In this document: piece by piece, positions 1 to 13,710 of the stretch
Numbering within the stretch: position 1 is the stretch's first letter
Layout: each line of letters starts with the position of its first letter
DNA from: the human T2T-CHM13v2.0 reference genome, Homo sapiens
Length of the DNA: 64,000 nucleotides
Strand: one strand, 5' to 3'
NCBI RefSeq assembly: GCF_009914755.1
Contig: NC_060929.1
Position numbers and translations under genes: made by a program
Notes under the pieces: generated by a model
The model's input: only the letters and a program-made list of their open reading frames with translations
What the model was told of the DNA's origin: nothing
Database searches by the model: none

Positions 1-569
1 ACATCGCCCATACTTCCCTGCAGTTAAGTTTTTTCATGGGACTGATATCTAAGCAATAGAAGGAGAAAGTGGTATCATTTTGAGACCTGGCCCATAAGAA
101 TCTCCCCTGAAATCTCCAGTCTCTTTTCTTTTCCTGTCTGCCTGCTGAGTACAGGGTAACATGGGATTTGGAGTGATTTCATAAAGCACAGCCTTTCTTC
201 CCCACCATCAATCCTGACCCTTTTGCCAACCTGCTTCAGTCTATAATTGTGTGTAAGCCACTGGAGGGTTTTTTTTTTTTTACACAAAAGCTGCCACATG
301 GTAAATATTACACATGTGGCAGTAATTCTTGCAGTTCTTATTGGGAAGGAGGATGTTAAGCGTGACAGCATGAGGAGGTGGGTGAGTGAGCTCTTGAGAT
401 TCCAAAGTGTGGCTTGTGGAGGGAGAATTGAGAAACTTGGTAGCGCCTATGAATAACATGGATTTTATATCATCTTGCCAAATTCTCTGTCAGTTAAGAT
501 TTCAAGTTTTGGACAGCTTTTGCCTTCTCTTAGAGCCATAATTTTTATTCTGCAAAAATTGGTAACAAC

Positions 570-820
570 AAGAATAACAACTTTCTTTTGTTGACCAAGT
601 ACTCTGTGCCAGGTATTGTGTGAGCATCTTTACATTTATTGTTTTACATAATTCTGGCAAGAAACCAGGAAAACAGATTTATTAACCCCAATTTATAAGT
701 GACAACATGGAGGCTTATGATGCTCAGGTTTATGCAACTAGAAGGTGGTAGTGCTGGGATTTAAGTCATAGTCTACTTGAATAAAAATATCTGGACTTAA
801 ATCACAACCATATTACATAC
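570..820 (-). mobile_element. MIR SINE relic
   Basis: Matches reverse MIR consensus (tactctgtgccagg...ccccaattta...gctgggattt); boundaries approximate. Confidence 0.7.
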
Positions 821-1582
821 CTCAGAGGCTTGTGGTAAGAATTAAACAGAGAAAAATTCTCAGCTCCTCAACCCCCCTTCCCACACACACTCATGCTTAT
901 TGAAGCACTAGTTATCTTTTCTCATCCCTGCCTCTTAGCATAGATTTTAAGCCACCTCAAAGGGTATCTTTGTCAACAACTTTTTGCCTTAGTGATTGTA
1001 CCTCAGTCATTAGATGTTCTAAATTGAATTTATGATTTTAGATACAACTGAAAGCCAAAATTTGTGAAATATTTTAGTAATCTTCTTACCCTCATACTTT
1101 TCTCTTAAAGTTTTCCAAAATTATATAGATTTCCAATGACTACACTAACAAGTAACTGCATTTATCACACTGACTCTGGAGATCAAAAGTTCTCTTGGTC
1201 AAAGATAATACCTTGAAGGTACATAAAGAAGTTTGTGCAATCTCATTTTTGGTACCATCCCCAAATAAAATCTGATTAAAAAAAAACATTGCTATCATTT
1301 TGGTACACAGAGAGAAACACGCACACACACACATGCACAGAAATATGCTTTACCTTGTAATAAAAAATACAATACCTTCTATCAGCAAGATTGTTTCTTT
1401 GCTTTGTTGTTGTTGTTGCTGTTTGGTTGGTTGGTTTGCTTTTTGCTTGTTTTTCTTTAAAGGGCTGAATTAAATCAACTTATTCTTTTGGTGGCCCATG
1501 GAATAAAAATCTTCACTGCTTAACATATTATATTTTACTAAAGCATTCTGGTTTCACAGCCAATGCCTAATTCCAACTCTGT

Positions 1583-1812
1583 AATAATAACAGCTGCTAT
1601 TTGTACACCTTGTACTATGTGCCAGAAAATCAAGCAAGTGCTTCATATGACACAACAACCTATGAGAAAGATTCTATTGTCATCTTATCCTATCTTACCA
1701 AAGTGGAAATTAAGCTTATAGAAGTTAAATCACTCCCCAGTAGTGAGCCGTCAATGAGGGGAAGGGTCTGCCTGTCCCAACAGTCTGAGCATTTGACTTT
1801 TACATATATTAC
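1583..1812 (-). mobile_element. MIR SINE relic
   Basis: tactatgtgccag...cacaacaacctatgag...gttaaatcactcccc core. Confidence 0.7.
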
Positions 1813-1877
1813 TCTCTTACCTTTCTACTTTTATGGCTGAGTCTACATAAAATAGATATTAAAACTAAGGGTGTATA

Positions 1878-2115
1878 TGTATCGAGTGCTTATTGTGTGC
1901 TGTGCACTATTCTACATCATTTACATCATAATTCCCTTTACTCTTACCTATGAATTATGTATATCATTTGTCCGCATTTTATAGATGAGAATTCTGGGAC
2001 CCAGGGAAGTGGAGTAACTTGTCCAAGACTACACAAGTGAAATAGTAATAGATTCAAGATTTGTGCTAAGTCAGTCTAACTGCAAAGCCGATGCATTTAG
2101 TCACATAGTGTACCA
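1878..2115 (-). mobile_element. MIR SINE relic
   Basis: cattttatagatgagaa...agtaacttgtccaag MIR core. Confidence 0.75.
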
Positions 2116-2840
2116 CCCAGAGTAAAAATGTGTGGAGACTCCTCTGCGCCTCCTGCTTGGAACTACTTAACATACACACTGTCTTGTGTTTTTCCATCCC
2201 CAAAGAACAGATACTGCTTCAACACATTCTATGGTTTTTGTTTGTTTGTTTGTTTTACTAATACAAAAAGGTTTTTCTTCTTTCAGCATCCACACACAAA
2301 GAGAGCAAACATCATTTATTTATCTCAAAGAAATCTGGAAATCCCAGGCCTGACTAGCCTCCAAATGCCCCTCAAGTGGAAATTTTGAAAGCAAGAACAT
2401 GTTGCTATTTTTGACTGCCTCTCCATTCCCAGAGTGCTCTGCTTTTCACTCTCAACTGCTCTTGCTCTCAGCGTCTACCAACCCCATGGCTTTTGTAGAC
2501 TACTTATTCATCATAATGCACAATTGCATTCCCTCTTGTCTTATTTAGCACAAGTATACACTCTCCAGTCCTTCCTCCACCTCTTTGTCCATTTAGTTTT
2601 CATATCACCTACTGGTTTGCTGGCTCCATAATATATTTCTAATGAGGGAGAACACATTCAGAAAGGGCCAAGAAGACTAATAAGAGCTCATTCAAAAACC
2701 ATAGCTGTCTGCTGCCACTTGAGATTTCCCTGGGATTTATGCCCTTAGAATCCCACTGCCCTATACTCCCTGTCATCTTGCTTAAATTCTCCCAACAGCC
2801 TTCCCTTTACCTATCACAAGGATCACTAAAAGAATTATGT

Positions 2841-3177
<337 letters not shown>

Positions 3178-3534
3178 TTAGAATGTTTTTATCTCAATAT
3201 TAATAAGGGTCTTAGGAGTCAGTGGCAGGAATGGTGGATTCAGAATTAGAACTTCTCAGTTCTATGGTCATTCCCTAGGTATAAGATTCAGCTCCCCATC
3301 CCCTGCCCCTGTAAATTGGAGATAAGTACGTCTGCTTACCTAAACATTCTTCAGAGGGTTTTTGCACAGTCACCTTCAGCTATGCATAATAGAGAATTAT
3401 GGAATTTTTAAGGGCTCTACAAATAGAACCCCCTCTGCATGAGCTCTCCACTCCTTAGTAAGGACCAGGATTTGTGGGAACCACAGTCAATAGGTTGTAC
3501 TACAGCTGACAACACAATCAACTGACAGAAACCA

Positions 3535-4740
3535 TTACTGAGTAAACATTTACGGAGCATTTGTTATATCTCAGTCACTTTACTAGGTGCCAAAAAAACA
3601 AAAGATTTTCTATGATATAGAAAATCCATGAAAGCATGCTATGGAAACCTGTCCTTACTGGGCACCTCGATGGGTCCTAGGCACAAAACAGTGAAAGAGA
3701 GAGCCCCATGTGGTATAGCCTACTAGAGGACAAGCAAACAGAAAATTAAACATACTGAGGTGGAAAAAGTAGAGGATTCTATGGCAACACATCAAGGGAC
3801 ACTTGATTTAATCTAGTGGTATAGAATGTATCACCATAGACAGTGACACCTGAAGAAAGTTGTTTTAGTTTCCTATGGTTGCCATAACAAAGTCACACAA
3901 ATAGGGTGGCTTAAAGCAACAGTATGCTGAGAGTTCAAGATGCCAGAAATCCAAAATCAATGTGTACACAGATTGTTTCTTCTGGAGCCTCTGAGGAAAG
4001 GCTGTTCCATGCCTTTTTCCCAGCTTCTGTGGGTTGTGGGCAGTCTTTGCTTGGGGTTGTTTGGCTTGCAGATACATCACTCTAGTCTCTGACTCCATCT
4101 TCATATGACCTTTTCCTCTGTGTCTCTCTATGTCCCTTTCTGTCCCCTATAAGGACAGTGTCATTGGATTTAATGCCCATCTTCATCCAATATAATCTCT
4201 ATCTCTACTCTAATTACTTCTGCAGAGACCTTATTTCCAAATAAGTCCATATTCTGAGGTTCCAAATGGACATGAATTTCTGGGAGGCGTTATTCAACTC
4301 ACTCCAAAGGAGAAGGAGCCATTTTAAAGAGTAATTGAGAACAGACTATGCAAAATCCTATAATGAAGAAAGATTATGATGCACTGAGAAATTTGATTTT
4401 TAAAGTCAGTATGGTTGAAGCAAGGAAGGCAAGGGGGAGTTGAAAGAGACAACAACGGACAGAAAGGAGAAACTTGTCAATTAAGCTGAGGAATTTGGAC
4501 TTTCTTCTGAGAATAACAGGAGACAATGACATGTGATTCAAATAAAGGATTGACATGAGACTCTTTAAGCAAGACCCTCCTGGCCTTGAGCAGAGGACCA
4601 ACTGTGAAGGGATTAGAGGACAAGAGTCCAGTTGGAGGCTGCTCTTGGTGTGGAGTGAGGGAAGGTGATGAATTGTGTCATAGGAGTGGCAGTAGAGGGA
4701 GAAAGAAGTAGCAGGCTTGGGAAAAAAAAAGATTGAATCA
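3535..4740 (-). mobile_element. L2 LINE relic interrupted by an MLT1 LTR
   Basis: L2 3'-end motif aaacatttacggagca...ctaggtgc; purine-rich L2-like body resumes after 4306. Confidence 0.55.
3861..4306 (-). mobile_element. MLT1 (MLT1C-like) MaLR solo LTR
   Basis: Termini tgttttagtttcctatggttgccataacaaa ... ttattcaactcactcca. Confidence 0.85.
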
Positions 4741-4949
4741 ATAAGGACTTGCAGAGTTAAGACAAAGGCATAGAGTTATAGATTGCTATACAACTTATTT
4801 TTGACAATTGTTTTTCTTTAATAACTGGCTAGATTTCCCATTGACTACAATGATTTTCCTCAGAGATACAATTGTTTATTAGAAAAAAAGTGACACTATT
4901 GGGACAATTTATTTGAATATTCCTGTGTTAGATTTATTTCGCTTTTAGA

Positions 4950-5440
4950 AGTAATCGTAATTGAATTTAAAATAACGTAAAAAATAAATAAATAATGGGA
5001 TGTGTCTACTCACATCCTGGGAAGTGAGGTATAGGCTTGGCTAGGTCTAATGATTCAAACACCATCATCAGAATTATTTTTCTTTCCTTCCTTTGACTCT
5101 ACTTTTTCCCTTGCTGGTGGGAACAAAGGTTGCGGTAGCTCCAGCTCACATCAACTTTATACTCAAAATCTCCCAGAAAGGAGTCTCCCCCACTAACTTT
5201 GTTCAGTGTCTTGGAGAAAAATTGAATTGTTCCAGCTTGGATCCTCTTTCCACCCCCGAACCAGTCCCTGCCCTGCAGTGAAAGGAATACTCTATTAGGC
5301 CTGGATCGTGTGCCTAAATTTGAGTATGAGTAAGCTTCATCTGAGCCTCATGTACCAAGCAGATTACTATGAAATTGGTGAAAGAATCTTCCTCAAATGA
5401 AAGGCTGTGAAATGCATAAAAATAAAACTAACAGACATTT
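4950..5440 (-). mobile_element. old MLT1 (J/K-like) LTR relic
   Basis: Degenerate MaLR-like motifs; resembles 61945-62392. Confidence 0.35.
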
Positions 5441-5539
5441 AACTAACGGACATACACTGCAATGGTGTCAAGCAATCATTTTCAGACAAGGTAAAGACTA
5501 TGAATTCATAATTTATTACACCAGTTTATGCTATTTCCT

Positions 5540-6150
5540 AATTCATCCATCCATCCATTCTTCTATTCATCCATTCACAACTTGTTTATGAAGCACTAGG
5601 CATTTAAACGGGGCCAAGGAAATCAACACTGAAAAACATTTTTGTCTTCAACTTGCTTACGATCAAAGAGGGAAAACAGATGCTTCATAACTTCTAGGCA
5701 AGCTTGAATAAAATACCAAATAATGGTATAAATAACAAACTTTCATAATATGAAATATGGGATAAATATTCCATTTGGAAGCTCAAGAGCAATGTTGTGG
5801 GGGAAATGACATTTCAATGGGGAATTAAAGAACAAATAAAGATTTCAATAACTACAAGACTGTTCCAAACTGACGGAACACTAGGAACAAAAGTCTAGGA
5901 TGTGTTAACTTGCTTAGTAGTTGAAGAAAATGATGAGAGACTTGTATGGCCAAACGCGGAATGTCTAGAGGATTAGAGAAAGGAATATGACCAGAAAGGT
6001 AGTTGCTTGGAGAAAAACTATGGAGGATCATGAAATCCAGAGCACAGAAGGTCAACTATTTTTTATAGATATTTTGGAGCCTGTTTGCTGGTAAGAAGTT
6101 GAATAATTTGTGAAATAATCTGTGTTTCAAAAGATAACTCAGAGAAAAAC
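5540..6150 (-). mobile_element. L2 LINE relic
   Basis: (TTCA/TCCA)n tail followed by L2-like body. Confidence 0.6.
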
Positions 6151-7204
6151 GGCTTGTACTCATGGATGCTGTGCTCCCCAAAGTCAGTTCAACTCTTTTC
6201 ATCTTTCCATTTAGCTTTTATATTTCTGGAAATCTGGAAAGAAATTAAGTATTTTTAAATATTTAAAAACCACTTTCTCTGAAGAAAAGAGGTCCTCAGT
6301 AGTTGAGCACTTTAGTAGTAAAAATTCCAACTGCCACCTTTCCTAGAGAAGAAGCCAAACCTCTGCAATTTCATGGCCTACTTTGCTTCAATATACTCAA
6401 GACAGGAAGTTGCAGCAAGGTCATGAAATGTAGAGTCACAAACACATTCACATTCTTACCTAGTGCCATTTCCAGACCCTTTTAGCACTCTTGGAGCTTT
6501 TGTTCGATAGAAAATAAAACTGCATTTTAGCAGTTAGTTTGTGAATATATGTTTGTTCCATTTCCATCTCTGTTAAACATGCCCTCATTCCCACTTTCTT
6601 TGTCAAAAGAAGAGAAAAATGTAAGGAATTTTTGTTTGGGGGTATGGGGGAAGTAATCTTAAAAACAACTGCACTTTGAAAGAAAGTGAAAAAATGTTTA
6701 TCTTCAGATTTTATTTTTTTTATTTTTGTGGCAAATGTTCAAAGACATCAGCATACAGTTGTGAGTTGATATACGCCATGCAGGAAAGAAAGTCATTGGA
6801 ATCATAAACTCATGGAGAATGGCATTTCTCAATCTGCGCTGGTGATAACGCGTTTCATATAACCACACCACCCCTTCCCTGAAGACACAAACAGCCCCCA
6901 CATGAGATGTGATCCTTTTGGCTGGCAAGTGGGATGTGAGTGAGAAGCCCTTTGAATATAAGGCATCAGTTCTCACTTTGGAAGGTCTGGCTTACACAGC
7001 CACCCCAGCCAATCCCACACATTCTCACGATCACCATAAGGAGAAATTCATGGAGTCTTGTGTTAAAATAAGAAGAAACTTTGTAGACCACCTATGTGTT
7101 TTGTTTTGTTTTGTTTTGTTTTCATGGAGAAAATGAAACAATTGAGAGATGTCATTTACTGTAGGTGAAGATTAATGACAAAACTACAAATGCTGAAGTA
7201 AATA

Positions 7205-7440
7205 GTCCCTTGTATATGATGGCACTTTATAATCTAGAAAGCATCTTCATTCCCAATCTCACCTCCAGTTCTCATAGCAAGTCCTTGAAATGTGGTTTAT
7301 TCCCACTTTACAGAGAAGAAAACTGAAACTTAGAGGGGTTAAAGTAACTTCTCTAGAACAAAAGAGATGGCAAGAGTTGAGTTGAGACTGGAATTGTGAT
7401 ATTCTGAATATTAGGCTACAGCTCTTACCTTGATATTGCA
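7205..7440 (-). mobile_element. MIR SINE relic
   Basis: cccactttacagagaagaaaactgaaacttagaggggttaaagtaactt core. Confidence 0.75.
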
Positions 7441-7829
7441 TTGCCTCTCAAAAAATTTCACCAAATTACCCCTTGTTTGGTATTTGTTGTTATAAGACAT
7501 TCCAAAGGAGAATTTCATAAGATTTCCTTGAGTTCCTAGGAAATCAGCAGCACTGAGTACAAAACTGCATGGGAGTAAACATAGAATAGCTGTTAGCACT
7601 GTTTCTGTCACAGAAGAAGGATAATATAGCTGGGGTCACCAGACAAGCACACATTAAATAAACAGAGAACAATTCAAAGTGGGCCACAGCTAAGTGCTGA
7701 ATGGTTATGGCAACATTTGATATAAAAAGTGATAGAAGGGAGTGATGATTAAGCCTAAAGAAATCAGGAAAGCTTCACAATGATTCTAACAGAAGGATAA
7801 AAATCTAGGACTTCTGTAGCACGTACACC

Positions 7830-8010
7830 TTAGCACAGGATCCCCGTACTACCAGCCTGTGACTTTGGTAAGTCATTTAAATCCTCCAAACCTCCATTTC
7901 TTCATCTGCAAAATGTGACAACTTCTATATCTGAGGGTTGTGGTAAGGACCGAATGGGATAAAATTTCGAGTCCTTAGCATAAGGCATGACACACAAATA
8001 TTTCTATAAG
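7830..8010 (+). mobile_element. MIR SINE relic
   Basis: tgtgactttggtaagtcatttaa...ttcttcatctgcaaaatg core. Confidence 0.75.
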
Positions 8011-8689
8011 GCCTTATTAAGCATGTGGAATTTAGACTGACCTGGCTGGAAGGGGAAGACACTAGGGGCAGCTTCCACTTGGCACATGTGCTAATGAAGT
8101 AGAGAACACAGCTGTGCATCTCTGTGCCTGGCTTTGGCATGCTGCTCGGCCAGCCAGTTTGCTTGAGCTGACTTTGGTAGTCTAGGGGACACTAACAGAG
8201 AGGTGTGAAAAGGTCTGGGCTGATTGTCACGCCAAAGGAAGGCATCAATATTTGTAAATGAGTGCTTTTAGAGCTTGGGAAATGCTCAAGCCTGGATTTA
8301 CAAAGGAAAATAATGGAGCACTCTGAAACCAAACATCAATACTTCTGAGGAAGTGATGGCTAGAAACATGAGGTAATCTGGCTCCTATAAGAATGCCAAA
8401 AATTTTCCCAGAGACATGAACAAATCTCTAGGACAGATTCTTTGTTTTCCTGCAAGTGATCACTTAGAAAGCCTTCTTGATCATACTAGTGCAGTTCAAA
8501 TATCTATTTGATATTAGTTAATTTTACCATGGATAGAGTAATGGAATAGAAACACTACAGACAATAATGGTAAGTGCATGGATTAGTAACAGAAACATGT
8601 GTTTTATAGAGGAACAGTACAATTCTGGGGAAAAAAACAAAACAAAACTAAACAAAAAACTGAAGAGGTATGAAAAGAGGCTGGAGGGT

Positions 8690-9071
8690 TGTGTTAGACT
8701 ACTGGGCTGCCATAACAAAAAATACCACCGAGTGGATGGCTTAAACAACAGAAATTTATTTTCCCGCAGTTCTTGGTGCTAGAAGTCTAATATCTAGATG
8801 TGAGGGTTGGTTTCCTCTGAAGTGTCTTTCCTTGGCTTGTAGATGGCTGTCTTCATGTTCACATGGCATTCTCCTTCCATGTCTGTCTGGGTCCAAAATC
8901 CTCTTCTTACAAGGACACCCATCATATTGGGTTATGGCGCACATTATTGACCTCATTTCAACATAGTTACATCTTTAAAGATCCTATATCCAAATATAGT
9001 CACATATTGAAGTACTAGGGATTGGGACTTCAATACAGGAATTTGGCAAAGATACAATTTAACTCATAGCA
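8690..9071 (-). mobile_element. MLT1 (MLT1B-like) MaLR solo LTR
   Basis: tgtgttag...gggctgccataacaaa...ggcttaaacaacagaaatttatt...caatttaactcatagca. Confidence 0.85.
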
Positions 9072-10004
9072 AGGACACTAACAAACACTGCAGATTTCTA
9101 CACAGGTCAAGAAACAAAAACTGGGGTTCCATTTATTGGTTGAAGAGAAAAAATGAGAGAACTAGAAGGCCTCATCAACAGGACACCAATCTAGAGCCAC
9201 AGTGAGCACTGTGTGGAAGGAGTTTCCTGTGACAGAGGAAAGATGACTAGTTCAGGGGACACTCATGTCTAGTTTTGAGTCAAATTGCTCTCATCTCAAT
9301 TAACATGACTTTATAATATCTTCAGTTTTCGAGCAAAGTTTACTATCCTGATACAACTTGGTTTCAGTCTCTTGTTAGCACTATCTTGAAAATAAAGGAA
9401 GGTGCTATGTCAACATTTTAAGCAAAACAAAGAGAAGAAATTTAAATGACAAGGAGAGGTAGAGATAAACATCCAAAAATGGTAGGGTGAGGAATTAGAA
9501 GTTACAATTCAGAGCAAGAATGACAAAAGTCAACCAGGACAGGCAAGCACTTTTTGGAAATATTTAGATATATTCTGAGAGGTTGGATTTTTTGTAGTCA
9601 CGCAGAATGAGGTTGACTTCTTTCATTTTGTATGAGGTTTACCTGCTATTTAAAAGGTCCTAAGGGAGAAACCATGATTCCTCTAGAAATACATAAAAGA
9701 GGGTAGAGGATTTAAGACTGTAGAAGTTGACACATCAGTTAAAAAGCTTTTTGTTGTTGTCTTTGCTTTCAACTTTGAACTTTTGCACAATGTTTCCAGC
9801 TTCCAAAAATGCTTTTATTTAAGCCAATACTTTCAGAAGATATTCATTTGGAATTGTTTTGGGTAGTATAAGCAGAGCTCTCCTCTAACTAGGAACAGAG
9901 TAGAACATGTGTTACCAAAGTCAGAAAGTCCCACCTTGAGCCACAGGGTAGATGAGTCTAAAAGTTTTTTACAGTAAGGATAGGAAGGCAAACTCAAACT
10001 GTGA

Positions 10005-10530
10005 GTAGGTAAGTCCTCTACTCAAAACTTCCATGACTGCTCAGTTCATTAGTATGATATTCAGTCTCCTCATCACAGCCTACAAACCCCCACCTGATCT
10101 GTCTCACCCACTGCTGCAACCTCATTCTGTGCCACCCTTTTCTTCACACTGCGCCTTATTCACTGGCCTTCCTTCTCCCCTTTCAACATGTCAAGCTTAC
10201 TTCTGCCTTAGGGCCTTCATCGAGGGGTCCACCCTACCCTTCTTTCTCTTCCTTCAGATCTGTGCACAACTTCTCCTTCATGTCTTTCAAATCTCAACTC
10301 AAATATCATCTTCTTAGGTAAGTATTCTGTGATTAAAGAAGCCATCCTCCCATCTCATCCTTATTCATTATTATTTACTACTTTTCTCTCATGTATTGAT
10401 TCATGAATTTTGTGTTTATTATCCATTGGAATAGATACTTCTTAAGGAGAAGCACATTATTTTCTTATTCTCTGCTATGTTCCCAGCAGGGAAACCTTCG
10501 TTCAATGAATGAATGAATGAATGAGTGAAT
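10005..10530 (+). mobile_element. L2 LINE 3' relic with (GAAT)n tail
   Basis: Pyrimidine-rich L2 body ending in aatgaatgaatgaatgaatgagtgaat. Confidence 0.7.
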
Positions 10531-10939
10531 ATCACCTTCATCCGTGCTCAAGGACATAACATCCATACATGTACAAACCTTCTCATGCAAATTGGAGAAC
10601 CAGATATTCAAATCATTCATCTTTAGCTAAAAGTTTAATCTCCTCCTTACTAATCTTTTTATTCATATTATGTCTCCTCCACCCCCCAAACACAGCTTTA
10701 AAGTAATTTACAAATCATAGAATCACTAGACTTGGAAGAGCAACTAAAGTTTATAGTGCAGTTATACTACTTGGTCTTTTATATGCCATTGCTTTGTTTC
10801 CACCAAGAGGTTTTCTAGTGTCTATGAGAATACTTCTAGTAAAGGACAACACCCCCACCAAAAACTTGTCCGGTTTACAGCTGAAAACTTTCAGTGTTAG
10901 AGTTGGTGCAAATAGAAAAAATGAATTTCATTTTATTCT

Positions 10940-11700
10940 TTTCATTTATTTAGTTTCTCATTCAACACATATTTATTTACTTATTATGTAAGCATCTCCT
11001 GGCAAATGAATACTATATTGTAGTTACTACAATATAGCAGTGTGTAAGAAAAGCAGCCTCTTCCTTTATAGAGTGTTAAGGCAGCTGGGAAGATAGACAC
11101 TGTGTACATAATTACAGGAAAAGCACTGGAAAAGGGGTAGAGAGTGCCAATAGAACTGATAACTGAGGGACATAGCCTGGACAGGAAGGGAGGAGCATGC
11201 ATGAAGCCTAAAGGATAAGTATGGATTAGATAGCACAAGTAGGAGCACCAAGGAAGTGCTAGAAGAAGAAAGGGCAGTTCCAACCAAAGGAGAAATATGT
11301 CTGGAGTTTCCAAAACTAGAGGGAACGGAGTATGCTACCAAGGCTGTAGCATGAAATTACATAGAAGTGAAAGTGTTCACTTCCTCAATGACCCCACTAC
11401 AGGAGAAGCAAAGACTAAAGGGCAAGGCAATGGGACTGGAAGAGGGGAAAGAATAGAATTATTCAGGAATATGTAAGCCATCTAAGACTCTGAACTCTTT
11501 GTTTAAAGTGATGTGAAGTTATTGAAGTGTTATACGACAGGGAAAGACATGAATTGGAGGGAAGCAAATGTGAACAGGGGAGGCCACTTATGAAGCTGTG
11601 GTAGTAGTCCAGGCAAGTGGTGCAAATGGCATACACTAGAGCAGTGGAGAGTTGAGATGAAGAGAAATAGATTTAAGAGATATTTGGGAGGTAGAACCTA
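10940..11700 (-). mobile_element. L2 LINE relic
   Basis: ttcatttatt...cattcaacacatatttatt start; gtagtagtccaggcaag...gagatatttgggaggtagaa body. Confidence 0.65.
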
Positions 11701-12747
11701 CTTGTTGATACTAGTTCCCTCTGCTGTGTTATGCAACATAAGTAGTTTCACATGTCCACCTGACCACACTTCAGCTTTTTAAAGACAAACCGTGTCATTC
11801 TTATCTGCTTTCCTAACTTGGACTTATGCAAGTAACAAAGTCATGGATATTTCAATGGTCATCTGTTGACTGTGGACTGACATCCTCTACCATTCTTGTT
11901 ATTTTAGTCCAAATATACACTCTGTCAATATGTATTGGTGGTATATCTCACAATGCCTCCAAGTATATGTATCAACCCTCAGGTGGTAAAAAGAGCAAAA
12001 GTACGATAGCTGGAAGAAGCAAATTCAGAAGACTATAAAAATAAAAGAAAGAATCATTTGGTTCTTCAAGAACTATTTGGTTATTTGAAATCTTCAAGAA
12101 CCAATCATATTCCATTAGAGTTCAAGACTTGTTTTGGGAACCAGTGTACACTAAACTTCTCTGCATAAAAAGATATGACACAATGATTGACCGATAGATT
12201 CTGAGACTAAAAACAACTTTAGAAACAGTATTCAGTGAAGCAAAAATTATTCCTGTCCTAAAAGATGGGCCTATTTTTCTTGTGATCACAGAAGGGGGTG
12301 ATTGCTGAGATCAGAAACGCAGCCAGGTCCATCAAAAATAACAGTCACAGGGACACATTTATTTTGAACCAGCATATTCTGTTGACATCTCCCCAGGAGA
12401 AAGTACAAGAAACTGGCATTAGCTTTAGATCTAAGCTGAGAGAGCAGCATGAAATCATATGGACATTCGGATGTTATCTTCCCCAAAGAGTTTCATTTTA
12501 TATAAATTGCAGGAAACCTGACACACATATTAAAATTTACTATGGTTGAGTGAAAGCTAGGAAAAAAAAAAAGGAAAAAATGTTGCTTCTAGTAATAACA
12601 TCCATTATCACCTGATACATGTTTTTTCTCTTGGGGGCATTTCATGACATAGATTTTCACATTCAACCAAAAACGTTTTATTTTCAATGAAAATACAGCA
12701 GATGTATTCAACCACAGAGAAGATTTGGCTAAAGTAAGTGAACGCCC

Positions 12748-12751
<4 letters not shown>

Positions 12752-12792
<41 letters not shown>

Positions 12793-12799
12793 CTCTCTG

Positions 12800-12833
<34 letters not shown>

Positions 12834-12836
12834 TGT
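12752..12836. repeat. compound (CT)n(GT)n microsatellite
   Basis: Directly visible. Confidence 0.98.
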
Positions 12837-13129
12837 CTTTTCTTAGTGTTCACTTTTATCATCATCAGTTTGGTGCAGTCACTCATCTAACAGCAACAGT
12901 TATAAAAGTGTCTACTTTGAGCAAGAGCCTTCAAACCCAATGTCTGTTCAATGAGAATATCTCAGAACACCTGAGGAAAAACCCTTCGAGCTCTACAAGC
13001 TCATTTGTCTGTCATAGCCAACAGTGTTTCCAAACACACTGCAAGAATGAAAAGCTTAAAAGTTGCTACTCTAGGTTGCTCTGCATGGTCATTTCTAACT
13101 TTGACCAAAGATTCCACGTGTAAATGTTA

Positions 13130-13710
13130 AAAACAGACTTGGGAGAATGTTTACTCATATATTACTGCAGAAAACATAAACTGGTACATCCTACTCAAAA
13201 AGTTATTAAAAGTTTTAAAAATGCCCCCAAGTCCATTTCCAATAAGATCACTCCTGGAAAGCTATCCTATGGAAATATCCAGAGACTAACATTATATATG
13301 TGAAGAGAAATGTGACCAGAAACCAAAATACCATCAGTAGAAGAATAATAATTTTAAAGATTTAATTATTATATTACCTCTTAATTGATGCATTGATATG
13401 CAACTCATAAAAAAGATATTTTCAAAGGCCAATCCTACAAGGCTTGGGCTTAAATGAAGAAGAGAAGACATGCAACTATGCACATTCATATCCATTTTAT
13501 ATTTTAAATTATATATGTGAGCATAACAACATATATAATAAAGTTGAAATCACAGTGTTGGGTACATGGTAGGAACCCAAAAAATTAATTATTGAACAAA
13601 CGAATTACCTACAACAAAATGGGAGATGGGTTTGGGGTGGCTATAATTCTTCTTTATACTTCTCTGAATTTTCCTACTTGTTTACAATGAGAAGTTAATT
13701 CTTATAATAA
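13130..13710 (+). mobile_element. old L1M(E)-like 3' relic
   Basis: Degenerate L1 3'-end motifs (ccatttccaataagatcactcctgg...). Confidence 0.35.

Noticed and set aside
3604-3626. Perfect 10-bp inverted repeat gattttctat-gat-atagaaaatc
   Set aside because: Short, AT-rich and isolated within an L2 relic; compatible with chance.
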